From: Azolla caroliniana
Taxonomy: Eukaryota; Plantae; Polypodiophyta
DNA length: 64,000 nucleotides
Direction: 5' to 3'
Assembly: GCA_043228905.1 (NCBI GenBank)
Contig: JBHGNT010000023.1
Location: 186,001-250,000 of the forward strand
Part shown: one piece after another, positions 13,601 through 29,399 of the stretch
How positions within the stretch are numbered: position 1 is the first letter of the stretch
Layout of the letters: each line of letters starts with the position of its first letter
Position numbers and translations under genes: made by a program
Notes under the pieces: generated by a model
The model's database searches: none
Seen by the model: the letters and a program-made list of their open reading frames with translations, nothing else
Told to the model about the DNA's origin: nothing

Positions 13601-16600
13601 TTAAAATGTTCATACCTGGCTCGTGCGATATCGGATTTTTGTGTTCAAACATGCGAATCGAAGCTAACTACGCTAGCTATGATACAGAATTAAAAAATCA
13701 AGATTTTGAAACTCAGGTCGAGAGACATGACCGAATTAGCAAATTTGAGGAGGGAGTGGACAAGAGCTAGTAGGTAAATTAAAATGTTCATACCTGGCTC
13801 GTGTGATATCGGATTGTTGTGTTGAAACTTGCGAATCGAAGCTAACAACGCTTGCTATGATACAGAATTAAAACATCAAGATTTTGAAACTCAGGTCGAG
13901 AGACATGAAGAAATTAGCAAATTTGAGGAGGGAGTGGAGAAGAGCGCGTAGGTAAATTAAAATGTTCATACCTGGCTCGTGCGACATCGGATTTCTGTGT
14001 TCAAACATGCGATTCGAAGCTAACTACGCTTACTATGATACAGAATTAAAAAATCAAGATTTTGAAACTCAGGTCGAGAGACATGAAGAAATTAGCAAAT
14101 TTGAGGAGGGAGTGGAGAAGAGCGCGTTAGTAAATTAAAATGTTCATGCCTGGCTCGTGTGATATCGGACTTTTGTGTTCAAACTTGCGAATCGAAGCTA
14201 ACAACGCTTGCTATGACACAGAATTAAAAAATCAAGATTTTGAAACTCACGTCGAGAGACATGAAGAAATTAGCAAATTTGAGGAGGGAGTGGACAAGAG
14301 CTAGTAGGTAAATTAAATGTTCATACCTGGCTCGTGTGATATCGGACTTTTGTGTTCAAACATGAGAATCGAAGCTAACAACGCTTGCTATGATACAGAA
14401 GTAAAAAATCAAAATTTTGAAACTCAGGTCGAGAAACATGAACAAATTAACAAATTTGAGGAGGGAGTGGAGAAGAGCGCGTTAGTAAATTAAAATGTTC
14501 ATACGTGGCTCGTGTGATATCGGATTTTTGTGTTCAAACATGCAAATCGAAGCTAACTACACTAGCTATGATACAGAATTAAAAAATCAAGATTTTGAAA
14601 CTCAGGTCGAGAGACATGAAGAAATTAGCAAATTTGAGGAGGGAGTGGACAAGAGCTAGTAGGTAAATTAAAATGTTCATACCTGGCTCGTGTGATATCG
14701 GATTTTTGTGTTCAAACATGCGAATCGAATCTAACAACGCTTGCTATGACACAGAATTAAAAAATCAAGATTTTGAAACTCAGGTCGAGAGACATGAAGA
14801 AATTAGCAAATTTGAGGAGGGAGTGGACAAGAGCGCGTAGGTAAATTAAAATGTTCATACCTGGCTCGTGTGATATCGGATTTTTGTGTTCAAAAATGCG
14901 AATCGAAGCTAACTACGCTAGCTATGATACAGAATTAAAAAATCAAGATTTTGAAACTCAGGTCGAGAGACATGAACAAATTAGCAAATTTGAGGAGGGA
15001 GTGGACAAGAGCTAGTAGGTAAATTAAAATGTTCATACCTGGCTCGTGCGATATCGGATTTCTGTGTTCAAACATGCGAATCGAAGCTAACTATGCTTAT
15101 TATGACACAGAATTAAAAAATCAAGATTTTGAAACTCAGGTCGAGAGACATGACCGAATTAGCAAATTTGAGGAGGGAGTGGACAAGAGCTAGTAGGTAA
15201 ATTAAAATGTTCATACGTGGCTCGTGTGATATCGGATTTTTGTGTTGAAACATGTGAATCGAAGCTAACTATGCTTATTATGACACAGAATTAAAAAAAT
15301 CAAGATTTTGAAACTCAGGTCGAGAGACATGAAGAAATTAGCAAATTTGAGGAGGGAGTGGACATGACCTAGTAGGTAAATTAAAATGTTCATACCCGGC
15401 TCGTGTGATATCGGATTTTTGTGTTCAAACATGAGAATCGAAGCTAACAACGCTAGCTATGATACAGAATTAAAAAATCAAGATTTTGAAACTCAGGTCG
15501 AGAGACATGAACAAATTAGCAAATTTGAGGAGGGAGTGGACAAGAGCGCGTAGGTAAATAAAAATGTTCATACCTAGCTCGTGTGATATCGGATTTTTGT
15601 GTTCAAAAATGCGAATCGAAGCTAACTACGCTAGCTATGATGCAGAATTAAAAAATCAAGATTTTGAAACTCAGGTCGAGAGACATGAACAAATTAGCAA
15701 ATTTGAGGAGGGAGTGGACAAGAGCTAGTAGGTAAATTAAAATGTTCATACCTGGCTCGTGCGATATCGGATTTTTGTGTTCAAACATGCGAATCGAAGC
15801 TAACTACGCTAGCTATGATACAGAATTAAAAAATCAAGATTTTGAAACTCAGGTCGAGAGACATGACCGAATTAGCAAATTTGAGGAGGGAGTGGACAAG
15901 AGCTAGTAGGTAAATTAAAATGTTCATACCTGGCTCGTGTGATATCGGATTGTTGTGTTGAAACTTGCGAATCGAAGCTAACAACGCTTGCTATGATACA
16001 GAATTAAAACATCAAGATTTTGAAACTCAGGTCGAGAGACATGAAGAAATTAGCAAATTTGAGGAGGGAGTGGAGAAGAGCGCGTAGGTAAATTAAAATG
16101 TTCATACCTGGCTCGTGCGACATCGGATTTCTGTGTTCAAACATGCGATTCGAAGCTAACTACGCTTACTATGATACAGAATTAAAAAATCAAGATTTTG
16201 AAACTCAGGTCGAGAGACATGAAGAAATTAGCAAATTTGAGGAGGGAGTGGAGAAGAGCGCGTTAGTAAATTAAAATGTTCATGCCTGGCTCGTGTGATA
16301 TCGGACTTTTGTGTTCAAACTTGCGAATCGAAGCTAACAACGCTTGCTATGACACAGAATTAAAAAATCAAGATTTTGAAACTCACGTCGAGAGACATGA
16401 AGAAATTAGCAAATTTGAGGAGGGAGTGGACAAGAGCTAGTAGGTAAATTAAATGTTCATACCTGGCTCGTGTGATATCGGACTTTTGTGTTCAAACATG
16501 AGAATCGAAGCTAACAACGCTTGCTATGATACAGAAGTAAAAAATCAAAATTTTGAAACTCAGGTCGAGAAACATGAACAAATTAACAAATTTGAGGAGG

Positions 16601-19600
16601 GAGTGGAGAAGAGCGCGTTAGTAAATTAAAATGTTCATACGTGGCTCGTGTGATATCGGATTTTTGTGTTCAAACATGCAAATCGAAGCTAACTACACTA
16701 GCTATGATACAGAATTAAAAAATCAAGATTTTGAAACTCAGGTCGAGAGACATGAAGAAATTAGCAAATTTGAGGAGGGAGTGGACAAGAGCTAGTAGGT
16801 AAATTAAAATGTTCATACCTGGCTCGTGTGATATCGGATTTTTGTGTTCAAACATGCGAATCGAATCTAACAACGCTTGCTATGACACAGAATTAAAAAA
16901 TCAAGATTTTGAAACTCAGGTCGAGAGACATGAAGAAATTAGCAAATTTGAGGAGGGAGTGGACAAGAGCGCGTAGGTAAATTAAAATGTTCATACCTGG
17001 CTCGTGTGATATCGGATTTTTGTGTTCAAAAATGCGAATCGAAGCTAACTACGCTAGCTATGATACAGAATTAAAAAATCAAGATTTTGAAACTCAGGTC
17101 GAGAGACATGAACAAATTAGCAAATTTGAGGAGGGAGTGGACAAGAGCTAGTAGGTAAATTAAAATGTTCATACCTGGCTCGTGCGATATCGGATTTCTG
17201 TGTTCAAACATGCGAATCGAAGCTAACTATGCTTATTATGACACAGAATTAAAAAATCAAGATTTTGAAACTCAGGTCGAGAGACATGACCGAATTAGCA
17301 AATTTGAGGAGGGAGTGGACAAGAGCTAGTAGGTAAATTAAAATGTTCATACGTGGCTCGTGTGATATCGGATTTTTGTGTTGAAACATGTGAATCGAAG
17401 CTAACTATGCTTATTATGACACAGAATTAAAAAAATCAAGATTTTGAAACTCAGGTCGACAGACATGAAGAAATTAGCAAATTTGAGGAGGGAGTGGACA
17501 TGACCTAGTAGGTAAATTAAAATGTTCATACCCGGCTCGTGTGATATCGGATTTTTGTGTTCAAACATGAGAATCGAAGCTAACAACGCTTGGTATGATA
17601 CAGAATTAAAAAAGCAAGATTTTGAAACTCAGGTCGAGAGACATGAAGAAATTAGCAAATTTGAGGAGGGAGTGGACAAGAGCTAGTAGGTAAATTAATA
17701 TGTTCATACCTGGCTCGTGTGATATCGGACTTTTGTGTTCAAACTTGCGAATCGAAGCTAACAACCCTTGCTATGACACAGAATTAAAAAATCAAGATTT
17801 TGAAACTCAGGTCGAGAGACATGAAGAAATTAGCAAATTTGAGGAGGGAGTGGACAAGAGCGCGTAGGTAAATTAAAATGTTCATACCTGGCTCGTGTGA
17901 TATCGGATTTTTGTGTTCAAAAATGCGAATCGAAGCTAACTACGCTAGCTATGATACAGAATTAAAAAATCAAGATTTTGAAACTCAGGTCGAGAGACAT
18001 GAAGAAATTAGCAAATTTGAGGAGGGAGTGGACATGACCTGGTAGGTAAATTAAAATGTTCATACCTGGCTCGTGCGATATCGGATTTTTGTGTTCAAAC
18101 ATGCGAATCGAAGCTAACTACGCTAGCTATGATACAGAATTAAAAAATCAAGATTTTGAAACTCAGGTCGAGAGACATGACCGAATTAGCAAATTTGAGG
18201 AGGGAGTGGACAAGAGCTAGTAGGTAAATTAAAATGTTCATACCTGGCTCGTGTGATATCGGATTTTTGTGTTGAAACTTGCGAATCGAAGCTAACAACG
18301 CTTGCTATGATACAGAATTAAAACATCAAGATTTTGAAACTCAGGTCGAGAGACATGAAGAAATTAGCAAATTTGAGGAGGGAGTGGAGAAGAGCGCGTA
18401 GGTAAATTAAAATGTTCATACCTGGCTCGTGCGACATCGGATTTCTGTGTTCAAACATGCGATTCGAAGCTAACTACGCTTACTATGATACAGAATTAAA
18501 AAATCAAGATTTTGAAACTCAGGTCGAGAGACATGAAGAAATTAGCAAATTTGAGGAGGGAGTGGAGAAGAGCGCGTTAGTAAATTAAAATGTTCATGCC
18601 TGGCTCGTGTGATATCGGACTTTTGTGTTCAAACTTGCGAATCGAAGCTAACAACGCTTGCTATGACACAGAATTAAAAAATCAAGATTTTGAAACTCAG
18701 GTCGAGAGACATGAAGAAATTAGCAAATTTGAGGAGGGAGTGGACAAGAGCTAGTAGGTAAATTCAATGTTCATACCTGGCTCGTGTGATATCGGACTTT
18801 TGTGTTCAAACATGAGAATCGAAGCTAACAACGCTTGCTATGATACAGAATTAAAAAATCAAAATTTTGAAACTCAGGTCGAGAAACATGAACAAATTAA
18901 CAAATTTGAGGAGGGAGTGGAGAAGAGCGCGTTAGTAAATTAAAATGTTCATACGTGGCTCGTGTGATATCGGATTTTTGTGTTCAAACATGCAAATCGA
19001 AGCTAACAACCCTTGCTATGACACAGAATTAAAAAATCAAGATTTTGAAACTCAGGTCGAGAGACATGAAGAAATTAGCAAATTTGAGGAGGGAGTGGAC
19101 AAGAGCGCGTAGGTAAATTAAAATGTTCATACCTGGCTCGTGTGATATCGGATTTTTGTGTTCAAAAATGCGAATCGAAGCTAACTACGCTAGCTATGAT
19201 ACAGAATTAAAAAATCAAGATTTTGAAACTCAGGTCGAGAGACATGAAGAAATTAGCAAATTTGAGGAGGGAGTGGACAAGAGCTAGTAGGTAAATTAAA
19301 ATGTTCATACCTGGCTCGTGCGACATCGGATTTCTGTGTTCAAACATGCGAATCGAAGCTAACTACGCTTACTATGATACAGAATTAAAAAAGCAAGATT
19401 TTGAAACTCAGGTCGAGAGACATGAAGAAATTAGCAAATTTGAGGAGGGAGTGGACAAGAGCTAGTAGGTAAATTAATATGTTCATGCCTGGCTCGTGTG
19501 ATATCGGACTTTTGTATTCAAACTTGCGAATCGAAGCTAACAACGCTTGCTATGACACAGAATTAAAAAATCAAGATTTTGAAACTCAGGTGGAGAGACA

Positions 19601-22600
19601 TGAAGAAATTAGCAAATTTGAGGAGGGAGTGGACAAGACCTAGTAGGTAAATTAAATGTTCATACCTGGCTCGTGTGATATCGGACTTTTGTGTTCAAAC
19701 ATGAGAATCAAAGCTAACAACGCTTGCTATGATACAAAATTAAAAAATCAAGATTTTGAAACTCAGGTCGAGAAACATGAAGAAATTAGCAAACTTGAGG
19801 AGGGAGTGGACAAGAGCGCGTAGGTAAATTAAAATGTTCATACCTGGCTCGTGTGATATCGGACTTTTGTGTTCAAACATGCGAATCGAAGCTAACTACG
19901 CTTATTATGACACAGAATTAAAAAAATCAAGATTTTGAAACTCAGGTCGAGAGACATGAACAAATTAGCAAATTTGAGGAGGGAGTGGACATGACCTAGT
20001 AGGTAAATTAAAATGTTCATACCCGGCTCGTGTGATATCGGATTTTTGTGTTCAAACATGAGAATCGAAGCTAACAACGCTTGGTATGATACAGAATTAA
20101 AAAATCAAGATTTTGAAACTCAGGTCGAGAGACATGAAGAAATTAGCAAATTTGAGGAGGGAGTGGACAAGAGCGCGTAGGTAAATTAAAATGTTCATAC
20201 CTAGCTCGTGTGATATCGGATTTTTGTGTTCAAAAATGCGAATCGAAGCTAACTACGCTAGCTATGATGCAGAATTAAAAAATCAAGATTTTGAAACTCA
20301 GGTCGAGAGACATGAAGAAATTAGCAAATTTGAGGAGGGAGTGGACAAGAGCTAGTAGGTAAATTAAAATGTTCATACCTGGCTCGTGCGATATCGGATT
20401 TCTGTGTTCAAACATGCGAATCGAAGCTAACTACGCTAGCTATGATACAGAATTAAAAAATCAAGATTTTGAAACTCAGGTCGAGAGACATGACCGAATT
20501 AGCAAATTTGAGGAGGGAGTGGACAAGAGCTAGTAGGTAAATTAAAATGTTCATACCTGGCTCGTGTGATATCGGATTTTTGTGTTGAAACTTGCGAATC
20601 GAAGCTAACAACGCTTGCTATGATACAGAATTAAAACATCAAGATTTTGAAACTCAGGTCGAGAGACATGAAGAAATTAGCAAATTTGAGGAGGGAGTGG
20701 AGAAGAGCGCGTAGGTAAATTAAAATGTTCATACCTGGCTCGTGCGACATCGGATTTCTGTGTTCAAACATGCGATTCGAAGCTAACTACGCTTACTATG
20801 ATACAGAATTAAAAAATCAAGATTTTGAAACTCAGGTCGAGAGACATGAAGAAATTAGCAAATTTGAGGAGGGAGTGGAGAAGAGCGCGTTAGTAAATTA
20901 AAATGTTCATGCCTGGCTCGTGTGATATCGGACTTTTGTGTTCAAACTTGCGAATCGAAGCTAACAACGCTTGCTATGACACAGAATTAAAAAATCAAGA
21001 TTTTGAAACTCACGTCGAGAGACATGAAGAAATTAGCAAATTTGAGGAGGGAGTGGACAAGAGCTAGTAGGTAAATTAAATGTTCATACCTGGCTCGTGT
21101 GATATCGGACTTTTGTGTTCAAACATGAGAATCGAAGCTAACAACGCTTGCTATGATACAGAAGTAAAAAATCAAAATTTTGAAACTCAGGTCGAGAAAC
21201 ATGAACAAATTAACAAATTTGAGGAGGGAGTGGAGAAGAGCGCGTTAGTAAATTAAAATGTTCATACGTGGCTCGTGTGATATCGGATTTTTGTGTTCAA
21301 ACATGCAAATCGAAGCTAACTACACTAGCTATGATACAGAATTAAAAAATCAAGATTTTGAAACTCAGGTCGAGAGACATGAAGAAATTAGCAAATTTGA
21401 GGAGGGAGTGGACAAGAGCTAGTAGGTAAATTAAAATGTTCATACCTGGCTCGTGTGATATCGGATTTTTGTGTTCAAACATGCGAATCGAATCTAACAA
21501 CGCTTGCTATGACACAGAATTAAAAAATCAAGATTTTGAAACTCAGGTCGAGAGACATGAAGAAATTAGCAAATTTGAGGAGGGAGTGGACAAGAGCGCG
21601 TAGGTAAATTAAAATGTTCATACCTGGCTCGTGTGATATCGGATTTTTGTGTTCAAAAATGCGAATCGAAGCTAACTACGCTAGCTATGATACAGAATTA
21701 AAAAATCAAGATTTTGAAACTCAGGTCGAGAGACATGAACAAATTAGCAAATTTGAGGAGGGAGTGGACAAGAGCTAGTAGGTAAATTAAAATGTTCATA
21801 CCTGGCTCGTGCGATATCGGATTTCTGTGTTCAAACATGCGAATCGAAGCTAACTATGCTTATTATGACACAGAATTAAAAAATCAAGATTTTGAAACTC
21901 AGGTCGAGAGACATGACCGAATTAGCAAATTTGAGGAGGGAGTGGACAAGAGCTAGTAGGTAAATTAAAATGTTCATACGTGGCTCGTGTGATATCGGAT
22001 TTTTGTGTTGAAACTTGCGAATCGAAGCTAACAACGCTTGCTATGATACAGAATTAAAAAATCAAGATTTTGAAACTCAGGTCGAGAGACATGAAGAAAT
22101 TAGCAAATTTGAGGAGGGAGTGGAGAAGAGCGCGTAGGTAAATTAAAATGTTCATACCTGGCTCGTGCGACATCGGATTTTTGTGTTCAAACATGCGAAT
22201 CGAAGCTAACTACGCTTACTATGATACAGAATTAAAAAAGCAAGATTTTGAAACTCAGGTCGAGAGACATGAAGAAATTAGCAAATTTGAGGAGGGAGTG
22301 GACAAGAGCTAGTAGGTAAATTAATATGTTCATGCCTGGCTCGTGTGATATCGGACTTTTGTATTCAAACTTGCGAATCGAAGCTAACAACGCTTGCTAT
22401 GACACAGAATTAAAAAATCAAGATTTTGAAACTCAGGTGGAGAGACATGAAAAAATTAGCAAATTTGAGGAGGGAGTGGACAAGACCTAGTAGGTAAATT
22501 AAATGTTCATACCTGGCTCGTGTGATATCGGACTTTTGTGTTCAAACATGAGAATCAAAGCTAACAACGCTTGCTATGATACAAAATTAAAAAATCAAGA

Positions 22601-25600
22601 TTTTGAAACTCAGGTCGAGAAACATGAAGAAATTAGCAAACTTGAGGAGGGAGTGGACAAGAGCGCGTAGGTAAATTAAAATGTTCATACCTGGCTCGTG
22701 TGATATCGGACTTTTGTGTTCAAACATGCGAATCGAAGCTAACTACGCTTATTATGACACAGAATTAAAAAAATCAAGATTTTGAAACTCAGGTCGAGAG
22801 ACATGAACAAATTAGCAAATTTGAGGAGGGAGTGGACATGACCTAGTAGGTAAATTAAAATGTTCATACCCGGCTCGTGTGATATCGGATTTTTGTGTTC
22901 AAACATGAGAATCGAAGCTAACAACGCTTGGTATGATACAGAATTAAAAAATCAAGATTTTGAAACTCAGGTCGAGAGACATGAAGAAATTAGCAAATTT
23001 GAGGAGGGAGTGGACAAGAGCGCGTAGGTAAATTAAAATGTTCATACCTAGCTCGTGTGATATCGGATTTTTGTGTTCAAAAATGCGAATCGAAGCTAAC
23101 TACGCTAGCTATGATGCAGAATTAAAAAATCAAGATTTTGAAACTCAGGTCGAGAGACATGAAGAAATTAGCAAATTTGAGGAGGGAGTGGACAAGAGCT
23201 AGTAGGTAAATTAAAATGTTCATACCTGGCTCGTGCGATATCGGATTTCTGTGTTCAAACATGCGAATCGAAGCTAACTACGCTAGCTATGATACAGAAT
23301 TAAAAAATCAAGATTTTGAAACTCAGGTCGAGAGACATGACCGAATTAGCAAATTTGAGGAGGGAGTGGACAAGAGCTAGTAGGTAAATTAAAATGTTCA
23401 TACCTGGCTCGTGTGATATCGGATTTTTGTGTTGAAACTTGCGAATCGAAGCTAACAACGCTTGCTATGATACAGAATTAAAACATCAAGATTTTGAAAC
23501 TCAGGTCGAGAGACATGAAGAAATTAGCAAATTTGAGGAGGGAGTGGAGAAGAGCGCGTAGGTAAATTAAAATGTTCATACCTGGCTCGTGCGACATCGG
23601 ATTTCTGTGTTCAAACATGCGATTCGAAGCTAACTACGCTTACTATGATACAGAATTAAAAAATCAAGATTTTGAAACTCAGGTCGAGAGACATGAAGAA
23701 ATTAGCAAATTTGAGGAGGGAGTGGAGAAGAGCGCGTTAGTAAATTAAAATGTTCATGCCTGGCTCGTGTGATATCGGACTTTTGTGTTCAAACTTGCGA
23801 ATCGAAGCTAACAACGCTTGCTATGACACAGAATTAAAAAATCAAGATTTTGAAACTCACGTCGAGAGACATGAAGAAATTAGCAAATTTGAGGAGGGAG
23901 TGGACAAGAGCTAGTAGGTAAATTAAATGTTCATACCTGGCTCGTGTGATATCGGACTTTTGTGTTCAAACATGAGAATCGAAGCTAACAACGCTTGCTA
24001 TGATACAGAAGTAAAAAATCAAAATTTTGAAACTCAGGTCGAGAAACATGAACAAATTAACAAATTTGAGGAGGGAGTGGAGAAGAGCGCGTTAGTAAAT
24101 TAAAATGTTCATACGTGGCTCGTGTGATATCGGATTTTTGTGTTCAAACATGCAAATCGAAGCTAACTACACTAGCTATGATACAGAATTAAAAAATCAA
24201 GATTTTGAAACTCAGGTCGAGAGACATGAAGAAATTAGCAAATTTGAGGAGGGAGTGGACAAGAGCTAGTAGGTAAATTAAAATGTTCATACCTGGCTCG
24301 TGTGATATCGGATTTTTGTGTTCAAACATGCAAATCGAAGCTAACTACACTAGCTATGATACAGAATTAAAAAATCAAGATTTTGAAACTCAGGTCGAGA
24401 GACATGAAGAAATTAGCAAATTTGAGGAGGGAGTGGACAAGAGCTAGTAGGTAAATTAAAATGTTCATACCTGGCTCGTGTGATATCGGATTTTTGTGTT
24501 CAAACATGCGAATCGAATCTAACAACGCTTGCTATGACACAGAATTAAAAAATCAAGATTTTGAAACTCAGGTCGAGAGACATGAAGAAATTAGCAAATT
24601 TGAGGAGGGAGTGGACAAGAGCGCGTAGGTAAATTAAAATGTTCATACCTGGCTCGTGTGATATCGGATTTTTGTGTTCAAAAATGCGAATCGAAGCTAA
24701 CTACGCTAGCTATGATACAGAATTAAAAAATCAAGATTTTGAAACTCAGGTCGAGAGACATGAACAAATTAGCAAATTTGAGGAGGGAGTGGACAAGAGC
24801 TAGTAGGTAAATTAAAATGTTCATACCTGGCTCGTGCGATATCGGATTTCTGTGTTCAAACATGCGAATCGAAGCTAACTATGCTTATTATGACACAGAA
24901 TTAAAAAATCAAGATTTTGAAACTCAGGTCGAGAGACATGACCGAATTAGCAAATTTGAGGAGGGAGTGGACAAGAGCTAGTAGGTAAATTAAAATGTTC
25001 ATACGTGGCTCGTGTGATATCGGATTTTTGTGTTGAAACTTGCGAATCGAAGCTAACAACGCTTGCTATGATACAGAATTAAAAAATCAAGATTTTGAAA
25101 CTCAGGTCGAGAGACATGAAGAAATTAGCAAATTTGAGGAGGGAGTGGAGAAGAGCGCGTAGGTAAATTAAAATGTTCATACCTGGCTCGTGCGACATCG
25201 GATTTTTGTGTTCAAACATGCGAATCGAAGCTAACTACGCTTACTATGATACAGAATTAAAAAAGCAAGATTTTGAAACTCAGGTCGAGAGACATGAAGA
25301 AATTAGCAAATTTGAGGAGGGAGTGGACAAGAGCTAGTAGGTAAATTAATATGTTCATGCCTGGCTCGTGTTATATCGGACTTTTGTATTCAAACTTGCG
25401 AATCGAAGCTAACAACGCTTGCTATGACACAGAATTAAAAAATCAAGATTTTGAAACTCAGGTGGAGAGACATGAAAAAATTAGCAAATTTCAGGAGGGA
25501 GTGGACAAGACCTAGTAGGTAAATTAAATGTTCATACCTGGCTCGTGTGATATCGGACTTTTGTGTTCAAACATGAGAATCAAAGCTAACAACGCTTGCT
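10638..25600 (+). repeat. Higher-order repeat zone of 12-, 14- and 16-monomer units
   Basis: The marker monomer (TTATTATGACACAGAATT-A7, GACATGACCTAG, TACCCGG) recurs at 10638, 13129, 15265, 17401, 19892 and 22739: offsets 2491, 2136, 2136, 2491, 2847. Confidence 0.88.
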
Positions 25601-28600
25601 ATGATACAGAATTAAAAAATCAAGATTTTGAAACTCAGGTCGAGAGACATGACCGAATTAGCAAATTTGAGGAGGGAGTGGAGAAGAGCGCGTAGGTAAA
25701 TTAAAATGTTCATACCTGGCTCGTGCGACATCGGATTTTTGTGTTCAAACATGCCAATCGAAGCTAACTACGCTTACTATGATACAGAATTAAAAAATCA
25801 AGATTTTGAAACTCAGGTCGAGAGACATGACCGAATTAGCAAATTTGAGGAGGGAGTGGACAAGAGCTAGTAGGTAAATTAAAATGTTCATACCTGGCTC
25901 GTGTGATATCGGATTTTTGTGTTGAAACTTGCGAATCGAAGCTAACAACGCTTGCTATGATACAGAATTAAAACATCAAGATTTTGAAACTCAGGTCGAG
26001 AGACATGAAGAAATTAGCAAATTTGAGGAGGGAGTGGAGAAGAGCGCGTAGGTAAATTAAAATGTTCATACCTGGCTCGTGCGACATCGGATTTTTGTGT
26101 TCAAACATGCCAATCGAAGCTAACTACGCTTACTATGATACAGAATTAAAAAATCAAGATTTTGAAACTCAGGTCGAGAGACATTAAGAAATTAGCAAAT
26201 TTGAGGAGGGAGTGGACAAGAGCTAGTAGGTAAATTAATATGTTCATGCCTGGCTCGTGTGATATCGGACTTTTGTGTTCAAACTTGCGAATCGAAGCTA
26301 ACAACGCTTGCTATGACACAGAACTAAAAAATCAAGATTTTGAAACTCAGGTCGAGAGACATGAAGAAATTAGCAAATTTGAGGAGGGAGTGGACAAGAC
26401 CTAGTAGGTAAATTAAATGTTCATACCTGGCTCGTGCGATATCGGATTTTTGTGTTCAAACATGCGAATCGAAGCTAACTACGCTAGCTATGATACAGAA
26501 TTAAAAAATCAAGATTTTGAAACTCAGGTCGAGAGACATGAACAAATTAGCAAATATGAGGAGGGAGTGGACAAGAGCTAGTAGGTAAATTAAAATGTTC
26601 ATACCTGGCTCGTGCGATATCGGATTTTTGTGTTCAAACATGCGAATCGAAGCTAACTACGCTAGCTATGATACAGAATTAAAAAATCAAGATTTTGAAA
26701 CTCAGGTCGAGAGACATGACCGAATTAGCAAATTTGAGGAGGGAGTGGACAAGAGCTAGTAGGTAAATTAAAATGTTCATACGTGGCTCGTGTGATATCG
26801 GATTTTTGTGTTGAAACTTGCGAATCGAAGCTAACCACGCTTGCTATGATACAGAATTAAAACATCAAGATTTTGGAACTCAGGTCGAGAGACATGACCG
26901 AATTAGCAAATTTGAGGAGGGAGTGGACAAGAGCTAGTAGGTAAATTAAAATGTTCATACGTGGCTCGTGTGATATCGGATTTTTGTGTTCAAACATGCC
27001 AATCGACGTTAACTACGCTTACTATGATACACAATTAAAAAATCAAGATTTTGAAACTCAGGTCGAGAGACATGACCGAATTAGCAAATTTGAGGAGGGA
27101 GTGGACAAGAGCTAGTAGGTAAATTAAAATGTTCATACGTGGCTCGTGTGATATCGGATTTTTGTGTTCATACGCTAGCTATGATACAGAATTAAAAAAT
27201 CAAGATTTTGAAACTCAGGTCGAGAGACATGACCGAATTAGCAAATTTGAGGAGGGAGTGGACAAGAGCTAGTAGGTAAATTAAAATGTTCATACGTGGC
27301 TCGTGTGATATCGGATTTTTGTGTTGAAACTTGCGAATCGAAGCTAACCACGCTTGCTATGATACAGAATTAAAACATCAAGATTTTGAAACTCAGGTCG
27401 AGAGACATGAAGAAATTAGCAAATTTCAGGAGGGAGTGGACAAGAGCTAGTAGGTAAATTAAAATGTTCATACCTGGCTCGTGCGATATCGGATTTTTGT
27501 GTTCAAACATGCGAATCGAAGCTAACTACGCTAACTATGATACAGAATTAAAAAATCAAGATTTTGAAACTCAGGTCGAGAGACATGACCGAATTACCAA
27601 ATTTGAGGAGGGAGTGGACAAGAGCTAGTAGGTAAATTAAAATGTTCATACGTGGCTCGTGTGATATCGGATTTTTGTGTTGAAACTTGCGAATCGAAGC
27701 TAACAACGCTTGCTATGATACAGAATTAAAACATCAAGATTTTGAAACTCAGGTCGAGAGACATGAAGAAATTAGCAAATTTGAGGAGGGAGTGGAGAAG
27801 AGCGCGTAGGTAAATTAAAATGTTCATACCTGGCTCGTGCGACATCGGATTTTTGTGTTCAAACATGCCAATCGAAGCTAACTACGCTTACTATGATACA
27901 GAATTAAAAAATCAAGATTTTGAAACTCAGGTCGAGAGACATGAAGAAATTAGCAAATTTGAGGAGGGAGTGGACAAGAGCTAGTAGGTAAATTAAAATG
28001 TTCATACCTGGCTCGTGCGATATCGGATTTTTGTGTTCAAACATGCGAATCGAAGCTAACTACGCTAACTATGATACAGAATTAAAAAATCAAGATTTTG
28101 AAACTCAGGTCGAGAGACATGACCGAATTACCAAATTTGAGGAGGGAGTGGACAAGAGCTAGTAGGTAAATTAAAATGTTCATACGTGGCTCGTGTGATA
28201 TCGGATTTTTGTGTTGAAACTTGCGAATCGAAGCTAACAACGCTTGCTATGATACAGAATTAAAACATCAAGATTTTGAAACTCAGGTCGAGAGACATGA
28301 AGAAATTAGCAAATTTGAGGAGGGAGTGGAGAAGAGCGCGTAGGTAAATTAAAATGTTCATACCTGGCTCGTGCGACATCGGATTTTTGTGTTCAAACAT
28401 GCCAATCGAAGCTAACTACGCTTACTATGATACAGAATTAAAAAATCAAGATTTTGAAACTCAGGTCGAGAGACATGAAGAAATTAGCAAATTTGAGGAG
28501 GGAGTGGAGAAGAGCGCGTAGGTAAATTAAAATGTTCATACCTGGCTCGTGCGACATCGGATTTTTGTGTTCAAACATGCCAATCGAAGCTAACTACGCT

Positions 28601-29399
28601 TACTATGATACAGAATTAAAAAATCAAGATTTTGAAACTCAGGTCGAGAGACATGAAGAAATTAGCAAATTTGAGGAGGGAGTGGAGAAGAGCGCGTAGG
28701 TAAATTAAAATGTTCATACCTGGCTCGTGCGACATCGGATTTTTGTGTTCAAACATGCCAATCGAAGCTAACTACGCTTACTATGATACAGAATTAAAAA
28801 ATCAAGATTTTGAAACTCAGGTCGAGAGACATGACCGAATTAGCAAATTTGAGGAGGGAGTGGACAAGAGCTAGTAGGTAAATTAAAATGTTCATACCTG
28901 GCTCGTGTGATATCGGATTTTTGTGTTGAAACTTGCGAATCGAAGCTAACAACGCTTGCTATGATACAGAATTAAAACATCAAGATTTTGAAACTCAGGT
29001 CGAGAGACATGAAGAAATTAGCAAATTTGAGGAGGGAGTGGAGAAGAGCGTGTAGGTAAATTAAAATGTTCATACCTGGCTCGTGCGACATCGGATTTTT
29101 GTGTTCAAACATGCCAATCGAAGCTAACTACGCTTACTATGATACAGAATTAAAAAATCAAGATTTTGAAACTCAGGTCGAGAGACATGAAGAAATTAGC
29201 AAATTTGAGGAGGGAGTGGACAAGAGCTAGTAGGTAAATTAATATGTTCATGCCTGGCTCGTGTGATATCGGACTTTTGTGTTCAAACTTGCGAATCGAA
29301 GCTAACAACGCTTGCTATGACACAGAACTAAAAAATCAAGATTTTGAAACTCAGGTCGAGAGACATGAAGAAATTAGCAAATTTGAGGAGGGAGTGGAC

